NCBI RefSeq assembly: GCF_009834535.1
Contig: NC_045697.1
Location: forward strand, 118,050,001-118,114,000
Direction: 5' to 3'
Length of the DNA stretch: 64,000 nucleotides
Source of the DNA: Camelus ferus
Lineage: Eukaryota
The position numbers and the translations under genes were made by a program. This document shows, piece after piece, positions 1-11,987 of this stretch. The stretch's first letter is position 1; each line of letters opens with the position of its first letter. Below the pieces are notes generated by a model, which worked only from the letters and a program-made list of their open reading frames with translations, was not told the DNA's origin and did no database searches.

Positions 1-2274
1 ACATGAAATTTTTTTTTGCATGTTTCACTTAACTCCCAGAATTTTGAGTGAACTCTCTCAGAACCGTCTACACCTCTGAGCATGCTATTTCTTCTGCCAG
101 ATTACAGATTCTCCTTAGTCTTCCTGGAGAAATGCCAACGCAGTCTTGTTTCACAGTTTTAAGACTCCATTTCTTCATGAAATAATGAATGAATTTTTTT
201 TTCAATCTCAATTTCCATTAAAAGTTGTGGATTTCTTTCTTACAGTTCGTATTCCGTTGCACTCCATCATGAAAGGTCCATTTGACAACAGTCACCTAGA
301 GGGTGGAGACTTCCTAGGGTCCAGCACAGTGGTTAGCAGATGGTAGCTACTCATTAGCTGAACTGCTTACTAAGTGAGGCGAACACCCACGTGGTTGCGT
401 TCCTTTCCCGTGGAGTTGGCTGGCAGTGACCTGTGTCCTGGTGAGTCTGTCGGCAGAACTGAAGGGCCTGTAGGTTTCTGGGGAATCCCTCCATGCTGAG
501 GCCATTGTAGCCCCCAGATGCTTAGACCTTCACTGTGTTGCTCACAATGTGACCAGTAACCAAATTGATGCGCTAGAGATTTTTACTCTGGAACATTTCT
601 GAGGTGTGTTCCAATCACTGTAATAACCCCTGCCCCTCCTTCTTTCTCACACATGAAAAGAGAATCTAAAAGTCCGTCCCATTGGCATACCCCAGCCCAG
701 AACATTGGGATAGTCACGGCTTAAACTGACTCTGTCTTCCACCCAGATGGATTTCAACGTTTCATAGTTTACCTCTTTTAGAGAAGGGAGAAACAGATCA
801 TCCATTTCATCCAATTCATTTCTTATAATAAGCAGGACAGCATGCTCCTAAGCTGTATAATTTACTCTTTATCCTTTCCCTGAACTTGTTGAAGTGGGAG
901 AAATACCACCCTTTCCAAAGAATGAATAAAAATAAGATTGCAGCACATAGCGTGGCGTCTCTCTTACCCCAAACAAAGGTGAGAAACCTTTCAGAACCCA
1001 GAGGGCTGTTTAGGGACTTTCCCATTCACCTAGAGCAGCTAAAATGTTTTGTTTTGTTTTGTTTTTCCCTTTTCCCTTCCCTCCACTTTCTCCCAAATCC
1101 AAGCCAAAGCAGACAGTCATGGACAGGGAAGAGCTAGCTCCTTTCCTGACCCTCTTGGTGGGGGAGGATGAAAACCGCTCAGCTTGGAGCCCTTGGCAGC
1201 TGCCGTGTTGGCAACGCTTGGGGAGATTTTGAACAAAACGTCTGGCTGCTGAAAGTTTTTGGATTTGGGGTTTGATGTTATCAAAAAAATTCATCTGGTC
1301 AGACGCAGGGACGCATTGTTTAATCTAGCAGGAATGCGAGCAGGTTGCCCCGCACAGAGCTGTTCGGTGTGCTTGGTCTTTTTTTGTGGTCAAGTCTACA
1401 GCAGTTGCTCTGTGTAATTCGAGAAGGGTCTGTCTGGGGACGGAGTTCTCCAACACATTTCAGTGGAGTCTGTTTCAACCCTCAGGCAGAGTCTAAAGAG
1501 ATTTCTCAAATGAATGAAACAGCGGTTAAGTTTCCTGGTTTCTTCTGCAAAGTCTGAATTGTTACCCCCTCTTAAACTAATCCTCCTTCCTCATAAGATT
1601 TCAGCTATTTAGTTCAGGAATTATTTTCACACACATCCCAAATGGTCTTAATACAGAGATTCATTTATTTTACTCAGGCAAAGTCCTTTCATTGGTTGCA
1701 AAAATACTATTTGTAATAATAAGCTATTTTTGATCCAAATTGACCAATTTTTTAATACCTGTTCTATTTAACTGTATCACTTTAATTCTTGATAAAGATA
1801 TAATATAGAACTCACCAATTTAATACATAATATCTTGAAATGTTTTAATATAAAGATTATAGTGATTTGGACAAACATCTCTTCTAAAACTCTGAAACTC
1901 ATCTTAATTTTCGAGTCTTTAAATGAGAGAAACGTTACTAACCATATTTAAAGGGGAAATATCTTGCCAGGATGAGTATGTCTTCAGACATAATATGTGG
2001 TTGGTAGGAGCCACGAGACAACAGATTATAGTGTGAAAAGTCTCTAGGAAAGGGAAATGTATTTATTCCTTGATCTTCTGAATACAGACTGCTTATCTGC
2101 CTCCTCTTTAACCAATTTTGTTTTTTGTGCATTTAAAGTCATATATCCCTGGAATACTTGGTTCTTTGCAGTTTCCATAAGCAAGTTATTTTGTAGGACA
2201 GCCTCAGTTTTCATGTGTGCAGGTGTGGTGTCTTTTGTCAGTTAGGGCATAGACCACATGACATCTCTTAGCTT

Positions 2275-2509
2275 GCGGGAAAGGATACATTCGGGAGTTT
2301 GAGATTTGCAATTGTTAACTACGATACATAAAAATAGATTAAAAAACAAAATTTCTTCTTTGTAGCACAGGGAACCATATTCAGTATCTTGTGATAACTT
2401 TTAATGAAAAATAATATGAAGACGAATGTACGTATGTACGTGCATGACTGGGACGTTATGCTGTACATCAGAAATTGACACATTGTAACTGACTATACTT
2501 TAAAAAAAA
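2275..2509 (+). mobile_element. L1 3'UTR fragment, 5'-truncated (camelid-type 3' end)
   Basis: GGGAGTTTGAGATTTGCA...AGCACAGGGAAC...GAAATTGACACATTGTAACTGACTATACT plus A-tail; collinear with the L1 3' end at 18920-19127. Confidence 0.9.
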
Positions 2510-3336
2510 GCTTTTTAAGGCCATTTAAATACGGCTTAAGAATTTGATTAACCATTTAAAAAAATCTGCAGGAAAATTTTTTCTCACTTATATTTGACTC
2601 TGTATCGTTCTCTCTGATCATTTTTCTAATAATCTGGTATTTGATAGTTTTATCTGGTTTATGCTTTAAACAACCTTAATCGGTCTGCCCTTTGTATGAC
2701 TGTCTGTTTTGGCTCGTATTGCTAAAAGAGATCAAAGGCATCTGACAATTTTTCTTACAGTCAGTAAGTTTCATATGGCCAGGGATGGTTTTAGATGCTT
2801 TACTTCACACCAATGGCCAGATAAGACATTGTGAGGGACTGAGTTTCCATCTCAGCTGTGACTATCATTTCTGGTTCCTGTATAACCAAAAAGTTAGAGC
2901 ACAGAAAGTTTAGACCAATCTTAGCCTTTGTTCTCTCTCCCTCTGCTATAGGAATAGCGACAAGACTGAAAACAGAAGCGAATGGTTACTCAGGATATTG
3001 AGAAGTAGCAAATGTCTGGAGAGTGTCTGAGGAGCTGAACTTCTGATGTGTAGGGCTGAATCTTGGAAACGAGGGATGTGTGTAAGAATAACTAGGAAGA
3101 CTTGGTTGAGGTGAATCGTGGAACTCATGCGACTCAGAGCGCCCACGTTTGAGTTTATCTTTATCCCATTTTAAAACAAACTTTTCGTCCTAGTAAACTC
3201 CTCAGTGCTGTCCGTGGACCACAGACTTCTCCAGTGTAGGGCCTGAGATCTGACTTTGATTCTGTGACGTTCACTAATTGCATTCATTCTAACATCAATT
3301 CTTGTCAGTTCTCGTTTTGAAATGTTTCAGGACCAA

Positions 3337-3357
3337 CCCCCCCCCCCCCCCCCCCCC
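3337..3357. repeat. poly(C)21 homopolymer
   Basis: Direct count of 21 consecutive C. Confidence 0.9.
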
Positions 3358-4689
3358 GGTTTCCTGTTGCCTGTTCGGAACTCTCAGCCCTGCGTTGGTC
3401 AGCATCCCTCCACGATAAATCTTGCTTCTTCACTGATCATTCTTCTGTGTGCACGGTTCCCCTGGCCTGATCTTCCTAAAACCTTCCTCGTTAGACCACG
3501 CCCCTGGAATGCTGGCGTGACTTGCGAGTGATTTCCCCCCTCCCTCGCCCGGCAGACTCAGTTCATCTCAAGCTCCATCAAATTTACTTTTTTCATAAAT
3601 AGCTTCTATTTCACAGCTCACGGTCTGTCAGATTAGTTCCTTCAACCCCAGTTATGATAATGTGATTTTCCAGCTGACACACAGAGGGAGTCCCATGATC
3701 TGATGCAGGAAGGACGCAGGCAGAGGTGATGGGTCCCGGACTTACCTACCTCGTGGACCATGCCCCTGACGGCTGCCCTCCCAGACTGAGCACCGCGGTC
3801 AAGCTGCGATCTTAACTTTTACCCCCACTTTTCCACCTCAGCACTTTTGCTGGGCTGTTTCCTCCACCCCAAGTGAGCTTTCTTCCAGCCCTAGATTTTT
3901 TTTTTCTATTTCTTTTGGTGTCTATAAAATGTCACCCTTCATAAATGTCACCCCCTTATCTTTAAAAGAAAAATCTCTACTTTTCCTTATGTCCCACAAA
4001 ACTTATTTTTACAGGAATCATTTTCTATCTTCTCATTTGTAATTAAGGTCTACCTTCCCTGTAAGCTCCTAGTTCTTAAGGTTTGGGATATTTTAATCTG
4101 CTCTCTTTATAATTCTTATCCTAACACCTTGACTCTTCTAAATAGGAAATATATTTCATTGCATTTTTTTTTTAAATTCATAGTTCACAGTGCTTCTCCA
4201 CTGCCAAGAAAGTTTATTTCATTTCTTTAAGGCCATTTGGAATCCCGTCTCAAATCATGTCTTCAATCTTAATTTGTTTTCCTCTTCAGCGGAGATGAAG
4301 ACATTCTGCAGTTCGTCAAGCCCACTAGCCTGGCTGTGTTCTCCGCTCTCCTGCTGGGAGCTTTGCGTATCGTAGGGGCAAAGTGCTGACATCCTACTGT
4401 GTTCTCTTTGGCATCCTTCACTCAGCGGTGGTGAAGGTAACTGGCGGCAGGTGCCTGGCTTCAATCCCAGCCCTGCTCTTGGGAGCCCATTGATAATCAC
4501 ACAACACCCCCCAAAAAGCAGTGTTTCCTTTGTTAAAGGGAGAAAGTCATAGCATCCACATATTATAAAGGACAACCATCTAGCAGTGGTCAGCATATGG
4601 TAATAGTAACTAAACGTTAACGTCTCTTCTCCTGGCTCTTTTCCTCCTCTTTATTTTTCCCCCCTATCTTAATGAGAAAGAAAAATGAA

Positions 4690-5150
4690 GAAATGTTTAT
4701 CAATACTATGTTCCAAGCCTTCCTGTATCACCGAGTGTACAAATATGACAGTCATGGTCCCTGCCCTCTCTTCCACTCTCCATTTCTAAAGGGCTGACGT
4801 CCTCAGGAAAAGATGGACCACTAACCCAGTTGTAAAGGTTGGGTTTGAAGGGAAACGTATTTACAGGTATGTGTGTGTGTGGGGTGGGGGGGGCTTGAAA
4901 TACAAGAAACTGAAGGAGTTACTATTTTCTTTGTGTTGTGGGAGACAAAAAGTTCACATATGCACTGAAGGTAAGAGAGCCCAGTTTGGACCAAAGCACA
5001 GAAGAAAGTCAAAGTGAGCTGAAATAGCCTGTTGCAAAGAGGACATGATATGATTAATAAGTAGGACAGATCACAGGCCAACGGGGAGACTGAGCAGTGT
5101 TGGAGCATCACTGAAGGAGCAGAGAGAGTGTGGGTGTCAAGCCTTAAAAC
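4690..5150 (-). mobile_element. Probable degraded L2 remnant
   Basis: AAATGTTTATCAATACTATGTTCCAAGC...GACAGTCATGGTCCCTGCCCTC resembles the antisense L2 3' end; boundaries approximate. Confidence 0.5.
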
Positions 5151-5165
5151 ACCAGATGGAAGTAA

Positions 5166-5802
5166 GGAAACACAAATCAAAACTCTCATAAGGTGTCATC
5201 TCACACCAGTCAGAATGGTTTGTATCAAAAACTCTACAAATGATAAATGCTGGAGAGGGTGTGGAGAAAAGGGAACCCTCCCACACTGTGGGTGGGAGTG
5301 CAGACTGGTGCAGCCACTATGGAGGACAGTATGGAGGTTCCTTCAAAAACTGAACATAGACCTACCATGTGATCCAGCAATCCCACTCCTGGGCATATAT
5401 CTGTAGGGAACTCTAATGGGAAAAGATATGCACCACAATGTTCATAGCAGCACTATTTATGATAGCCAAGACATGGAAACAACCCAAATGTCCATGAACA
5501 GATGTCTAGATAAAGAAGCTGTGGTGTATTTATACAATGGAATACTACTCAGCCATAAAAAATAAAATAATGCCATTTGCAGCAACATGAACGGATCTGG
5601 AGAATGTCATTCTAAGTGAAGTAAGTCAGACAGAGAAAGAAAAATATCATATGATATTTCTTACATGTGGAATCTAAAAAAAGACACAAATGAACTTATT
5701 TATAAAACAGAGATTCACAGACATAGACAACAAACATGGTTACTGGTGAGGGAAAGAGTAGGGAGAGAGAAATTAGTAGTTTGGGTTTAACAGATACAAA
5801 CA
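5166..5802 (+). mobile_element. L1 fragment: ORF2 C-terminus plus partial 3'UTR, tail missing
   Basis: ORF 5128-5406 gives ...[42 protein letters not shown], the L1 ORF2 C-terminal cysteine-rich region; stops abruptly at CAGATACAAAC. Confidence 0.95.
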
Positions 5803-5803
5803 T

Positions 5804-6148
5804 ATCTATTTCATATATTGTCATTAGTATTTGCAAATCTTGACCTCCCAATTTATCCTTTCGCACTCTTCTTCCCCCCTGGTAACCATAAGTTTATTTT
5901 TAATGTCTGTGAGCCTGTTTCTGTTTTGTAATTGGAAGCAACCTAAATGTCCATTGACAGATGGCTGTGGTATATTTACACAATGGAATACTATTCAGTT
6001 ACAAAAAAGAATGAAATAATGCCATTTTCAGCAACATGAATGAACCGAGAGATCATCATTCTAAGAGAAGTAACCCAGCAAGAGAAAGAAAAACACCACA
6101 TGATGTCATTCATATCTGGAATATTAAAAAAAAAAAAGACACAAGTGA
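5804..6148 (-). mobile_element. 5'-inverted L1 fragment (minus segment 5804-5931, inverted segment 5933-6148), tail missing
   Basis: The + segment ends GACACAAGTGA. The minus segment starts TTACAAAACAGAAACAG, which follows a few nt later in the L1 3'UTR (compare 5682-5710). Confidence 0.8.
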
Positions 6149-7627
6149 TTCTATTGAATTTTGGATTATTCTTGTAAGTCTTATAGTTCACCTCCATACA
6201 TCTGAGCAGTTAAAATTTTGCTTGCCACCAGGTGAGCCTTCGGTCAGCAGTGAATGGAGAAATCAAGGCAACTGAGAAGCCAGAAGAATGGATTTGACTA
6301 GGAATCAGGTAGAATCAGGGTTAGAAGGAAAGGGAGTAGTGCACATTCTGGGAGAGATTTGCAGAACGACTCTGTTGGAAAGAGGCCCAGACAGGTTCTT
6401 CTGGCAAAGGGAAGCGTTCCAGGATGGATTTTGGGTCCTGTGTGAAAAGGTAGCCCATTACTGAGCTGAAATGTAGTGCGGAAATGTTTGAGAATTTGGT
6501 CAGAAGGCCTTGGCTCTGGAATGGACTAAGAACAAGGGTCATGGAATGACCTTTCACGGAGGCACGCAAGGTCTTAGGAGATAACTCCCAGGATTAACTG
6601 GATGTTCTCTGTCAAGACAGTGAGAAATGAATCAGATGTTCTCTTTAGTCCATTAGCGTTTTATGGAGAAGAAGCAGAAGAAAACAGCAGCGATCATTCG
6701 CATCACTAGCTCTGTGTTCTCCGGAGTCTTTGCGAGTCCCCTTCTGTTTTTCTGAGACAATCCCAGATTTATTACCACTTTAGAGCACTGATCTCCTGGT
6801 ATGAACGCTGAGACGGCCTCGCCGCCAGGTGAGCTAACTGCCCGTCCTTTAGATAACTGGGTGGGTCATAGGACGCCCTCCCCGCTAAAAGCAGTAGCCG
6901 GCGGTGCACTGATGGATTCCTGCCGTTGCGTGTAATCCCCTCTGAGAGCACAAACCGCCCCTCAGATGCCCCCGGTCACACCGTCACGACCCATAGGTAG
7001 CTTTTATTTTTCAAAGGTTCACCTTGATTAATTATCCTCTCCCACTGGCGCCTCAGAGACACCTAGTTGATGGAATCCTCATGCCCCAATGAAAGGAAGG
7101 CTTTTTGTTGATTTCAACCTGAGTTCACTCGTTCTGAGCGACTCTCGGTATCTTACTGTCTCCTTGACTCCAACTTAACTCCAAGTGCTTTACAGACAAT
7201 GCAGAGTTTACTAAATGTTTCGCGGGGAGGAAAGGAGGTTTGCATTTCGCACTGCCTGCCACACCTTCCTCCTCTAGACCCCTTTAAACTTTTCTGCTCT
7301 TTGCTTGAATCTCCTCTCCTGAGGACTGTACCTCACCCCAGGGTCTCTCTTCTGCCGTTTCAGCCATAACCCTTCAGGCTACCATCCAAATCTCTCCTCT
7401 TCACCACACGATTCAGTAAAAGTCACACAGATGCTTCTTATTTTTCTTATAAGTGTGCTCCCAAAGGTTTTGATAATTCTACAATGTTTGTATTTATTTT
7501 TATTTTTTGTGGTAATGACAAAGTTGGTTTTGCAATGCCAAAGTTCATTTGTAACGTAATGTGACGTAATGACAAACGTTATCGTGTTTCTTTTTTATTT
7601 CAGGGATTGCATACATCCTTTAAGAAA

Positions 7628-7847
7628 ATTCGAAATTTGCAGATACTGACAGGTATATATAGAACAGATAAACAAATTTATACTGTATAGCACAGGGAAA
7701 TATATACAAGATCTTGTAGTAGCTCATAGTTAAAAGGAATGTAAAAATGAATATACGTATATTCAGGTATGACTGAAAATTTGTGCTGTACACCAGAAAT
7801 TGACACAACATTGTAAACTGATTATAACTCAATAAAAAAAAAAAAAA
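7628..7847 (+). mobile_element. L1 3' end fragment with poly(A)
   Basis: GAAATTTGCAGATACTGAC...CATTGTAAACTGATTATAACTCAAT followed by a long A-run. Confidence 0.92.
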
Positions 7848-8024
7848 GAAATTTGTCTTGGTGAAAAAGGTTCCTTAGAGGTTATTGCCAGGATGACCAG
7901 AGAGTCAGATTTCAGAAACACAGGCAAGACCATATCCAATCACAACCCAGAGGCTCTCCAGAAGCATCTGTTAGGAGTTCAGTTCCCCAATATGATAGCT
8001 TCCTCTTTTTTTAAATAAAAAATT

Positions 8025-8471
8025 ATGTATTTTTATTGAAGTACAGTCAGTTATAACGTGTTAATTTCTGGTGTACAGTGCACTGTCCCAGGCATGTATG
8101 TACATACACACATTCATTTTCATACTTTTTTTTTTAAATTAAAAAAATCTTATTGGGGGTTGATTAGGCTTACTTTTTTTATTTTTTGGAGGAGGTACTG
8201 GGGATTGAACCTCATGCATGCTAAGCATGTGCTCTACCACTTGAGCTACGCCCTCCCCCCCATACTGTTTTTCATTATAGGTTACTACAAAATATTGAAT
8301 ATAGTTCCCTGTGCTGTACAGAAGAAATTTGTTTATCTATTTTTATACACAGTGGTTAACATTTGTAAATCTCAAACTCCCAAATGTATCCCTTCCCACC
8401 CTCTTTACCCAATAACCGTAAGATTGTTCATTATGTCTGCAAGTCTGTTTCTGTTTTGTAGATAAGTTCAC
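8025..8471 (-). mobile_element. L1 3' end fragment, interrupted by a SINE
   Basis: TTTTTATTGAAGTACAGTCAGTTA...CTGTTTTGTAGATAAGTTCA is antisense L1 3'UTR and resumes in register after the SINE. Confidence 0.9.
8127..8260 (-). mobile_element. tRNA-Ala-derived SINE (Vic-1-like)
   Basis: Reverse complement reads GGGGGGAGGGCGTAGCTCAAGTGGTAGAGCACATGCTTAGCATGC; TSD CATACT at 8121-8126 and 8261-8266. Confidence 0.9.
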
Positions 8472-11400
8472 TCTTGAATCCAGATATTGACTGGGTAATT
8501 CTGACCTGTAGGACCTATGTCTTGTGCTGCAGAGGAGCCCAAGGGTGTGAGTTTTGGGGCTCATAATGTGGGAAATACCCAATAGAGAAGGATATTGCAT
8601 TTCAAAGATGTCAGGCAGCCTCCAGTGATGAAGTATCCATCCATCTGTCCATCTGTCCGTCCTTCCATCACATATCCAGTGAAATGGAAAGGGGTAAGAG
8701 GGCTTCCCTGCTCCCTCTACCATGTTAACACTTGCACACGTGTAAATGTCATCACGTTGATCTCTGCAATTTCGAGTAGGGATGTCTTCCCTGATTGCCG
8801 GTGCCAAACCCTCTTGATCCAGTGTATTTTGGTTTGAAATCTGATGAGTTTTGTTATTGGAAAGCAATTCTGTTAAAACAGGTAAAAGAAGAATGCAGCC
8901 TGCTTGGAAAGAGTGAAAATTTCTTTGCCTTCCAAGGCACCATGATACATAAATCATATTCTAAGGTGAGCCAGAGGGCTCTCTGAAAGCATGTAAATAA
9001 AGGGGGAAAATGTGTGCAATGCCCCAGAACACTTCTTCCCCGGCTGGAAGAAAACTGCAATACATTTGAGAATCTCTGGATTCCTTTTTGGTTCTGCACT
9101 GAGGACCCGGTTCGTGATCCTTGCATCAGCTGATACACTTGACCATGGGGAGTGGAGTGCGGAGCGGCTGTCTCTCCAGCTCAGCTACCACAGGGAAAGG
9201 AACCAGATGACCTTCTGTAGGGCGTTTAAGCATTGCATCACAGATCAAAAGCATGCTTTCTTTTTTCCTCCCCTTTCTTCTTTTTCTTTGCAGAGGTAGG
9301 TAGAGACCTGGTAAACATCATTCAGTATTTACAGAATTTCCACCAGGATGTTAAATTCTTTACCCAAGCACATTTTTTTTCCTCCTTTGCTTTCACGACG
9401 AGCTGGGGGAGAGCCTCCTAACCACCCCTTACAGCTCCTAAACTTTCCAGAGTAGCATATCAAATACATCATTATCTAAGTAGATATTTTTCTAAGAGTA
9501 GAGTGATTTAACTATAGAATAATTGTATGATGTGAAAGATTTTACTATGTTCTTAATACAAGAAAAACGACCCTTCCATTACGACAGAGTCCACATGCAG
9601 GTCGGAATGCTGGGACAGAAACAGTCGCTCACCGAGCTGTCACATGCTCAGGTGTTCTCCTTCAGGAGAATTTGCTGAGGTGGCCTCAGCTAAGTCTACT
9701 GTGACCCCTCAAGGAGCACTAGGAGCAGTTGCCGTTGAGAGCAAGCAGTCCAGGCTCAGAGACTGAAGAATGAACAGGTAAAGGCAGAGAGACAGGAGGA
9801 AGCACAAGGAATGCGTGGTCATCACCTCAGGGAGACTCTGCCCTGAGAGGCTCACCCTTCTGTCCCTGCACCCCCAGCTGTGTTCAGAGCGCGTGTCTCT
9901 GCGTTCTCCGGACGTCCCGTCTCCCAGAGAGTTCTGGATCTCTCCGGGAAGGGAAGAGGATGTCATCTGGTTCTGTGTGACTCAGTTTAATTTGCTGGGA
10001 CTTCTGAAGGGGCGTGAAAGGCAGAAATGGAAAGAAGCAGTTCTAACTGGTGGTATTTCCGCTGCTGCTGCAGACGAGGGGCAAGTCACTGGTGCAGTGG
10101 CCCCCTTTCCACGTTTATCTCCATCACTCCTCACAGCATGGCTGGTTCTCTGAGATGGATGTGGACGGCGGCATTTCAGAGGCTGGGTCAGACAATCGGG
10201 TGATCAAGGAGGCATGTGGTCAGGGAACAAGGAACAAGCTGTGTGGTCACCTAACATTGATGAGGGTGGTCACATGGGGGGGGGGTCCCCACGGACTGAA
10301 GGTGAGTAACACAACCTACTGAATTCTGGACGTGTGTATGATGATGCGGTCCCCTATCTTCTGTCACATAATTATTTTTCATTTCTAGTTTAAGGCAGAT
10401 ACTTTTTCATAGGAAGAAGCAGCTTTTTTGGGTTGAAAAATGGAAATGGTCTGCTTTTGTGGGCAGTGCAAACATGTGAATTTAAATGTTCCATTCTATC
10501 AGAAACTTACTGGTTTCTTTCTTTTCTTTCTGCTTTTCTTCTCTTTTCTTTTTAAGGCCCACAAATCGTGAAGGGGGATACAGTTTGGTGGCAGTGGGAT
10601 GAATGTTTGCAATTTGGTAACCAGGCAGCCTGGCCTCCAATGTGTAAGACAGCACCACATTCATCATTTGGGCTGGTTGGGGAAACCCAGACTTGGAAGG
10701 GATAAGTCAGCAATGAGACACGTACTCATCTTTCCGGAAGGAATTTCTTTTACATATTTTCAAGTCATGACAAAATAAAAAAAATATGAAATAGGAATTG
10801 CTTAAACATGTGATTTATAAGGGAAAATATGTTGGTGAAATGTCTTTGTCAGCATTTAAAATCAAAGAATTAAATGGTTAAATGAGGCTTTATTGGGTAG
10901 CTAAAGAATAAATTTATTCTCCAGTATTAACTCATGATTAATTAACAAATTAATAAAGGAATATATACTTAATAGTTCTTAATTCATGGTTAATGTCATA
11001 TGTGGGCCATCTTCAAAGTACTGATGGAGGGGTTTACCAACTGTTAGCACCCTTTTGGTTCTGTGATTAACAGTGACCAGATCCACTTGTCCCGTAGCTT
11101 TCTGTCATCAGAGGGTCCAGCGTCCCTACTTTTTAAATGTGGATTTTTCTTTTTGAGTGAATGGCACTCCTAGCCAAACTTCAAAGGACGGTGTTATTAC
11201 ACGTGGAACATTTGATCACATCAGTATTTCCCAGTTAGAAGACCCTGTATATTTGTTGATTCCTCTTGACTTTCTGGCTGAATTCAGAGGACAGAAACAT
11301 CTTTTTGCCCTATTTGGGTAGTTTTTTTTCCAATCACAAGTTAAGACAGCAAATGCTGGAGCCCATGGAAAAAATAGAGGGGAAAAAAAAAACACAAACA

Positions 11401-11857
11401 AAATAATGTCACTGAATTTCTGGCACATTTGCAAATATTCAGTTTATGTCAAGATTTGGTTATTGGAATGGCTATTTATATGCACCAAACTTTCTTAAAA
11501 ATACTCTCCTGAATGCGGGAAAACAAACCTTCAACTGGAAGGAAAACACGAGCGTTTTTAAGTTACAATGTTGTTACTATCAGATCCATTAAAAATGCCA
11601 GTTATGGGTACACATTTTCCATGTGAGAAATTTTGATTGAAAATTCAGGATAATAGTTTAAATGTGAACCAAAACAGTTCATAGAAATCACCAGCTTAAA
11701 AAAGAATGTCAGGTAGTGATAGTGGCAACCTGATGTTTTGGCATTCAGATGCTACCAGCTTTCTTAGTAAACCCCTCGTCATTTTTAAACCTAGTATTGT
11801 ATTGTAGACATTCAGAAGAAAAAGATTAAGCTTCCAGCTTCCTGCTTCTGCCTAATG

Positions 11858-11987
11858 TTTTTTTTTTTTTTTTAGTTTTTCTTAGGGGGAGAAATTAGAT
11901 TATTTATTTATTTTTAGAGGCGGTTCCGGGGACTGAACCCTGCATGCTAAGCACGTGCTCTGCCGCTTGAGCTATACCCTCCCCCCA
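11858..11987 (-). mobile_element. tRNA-Ala-derived SINE (Vic-1-like)
   Basis: tRNA-like head and poly(T) on +; 14-bp TSD GCTTCTGCCTAATG (11844-11857) / GCTTCTTCCTAATG (11988-12001). Confidence 0.92.

Noticed and set aside
6222..6240. CTCF-like motifs (also about 6820 and 14027)
   Set aside because: Mismatches or insertions in core positions; not distinguishable from background by eye.
8343..8957. Longest ORF (204 aa, minus strand)
   Set aside because: Non-ATG start, runs through a CCAT/CCGT low-complexity tract into an L1 3'UTR, and has no recognisable domain.
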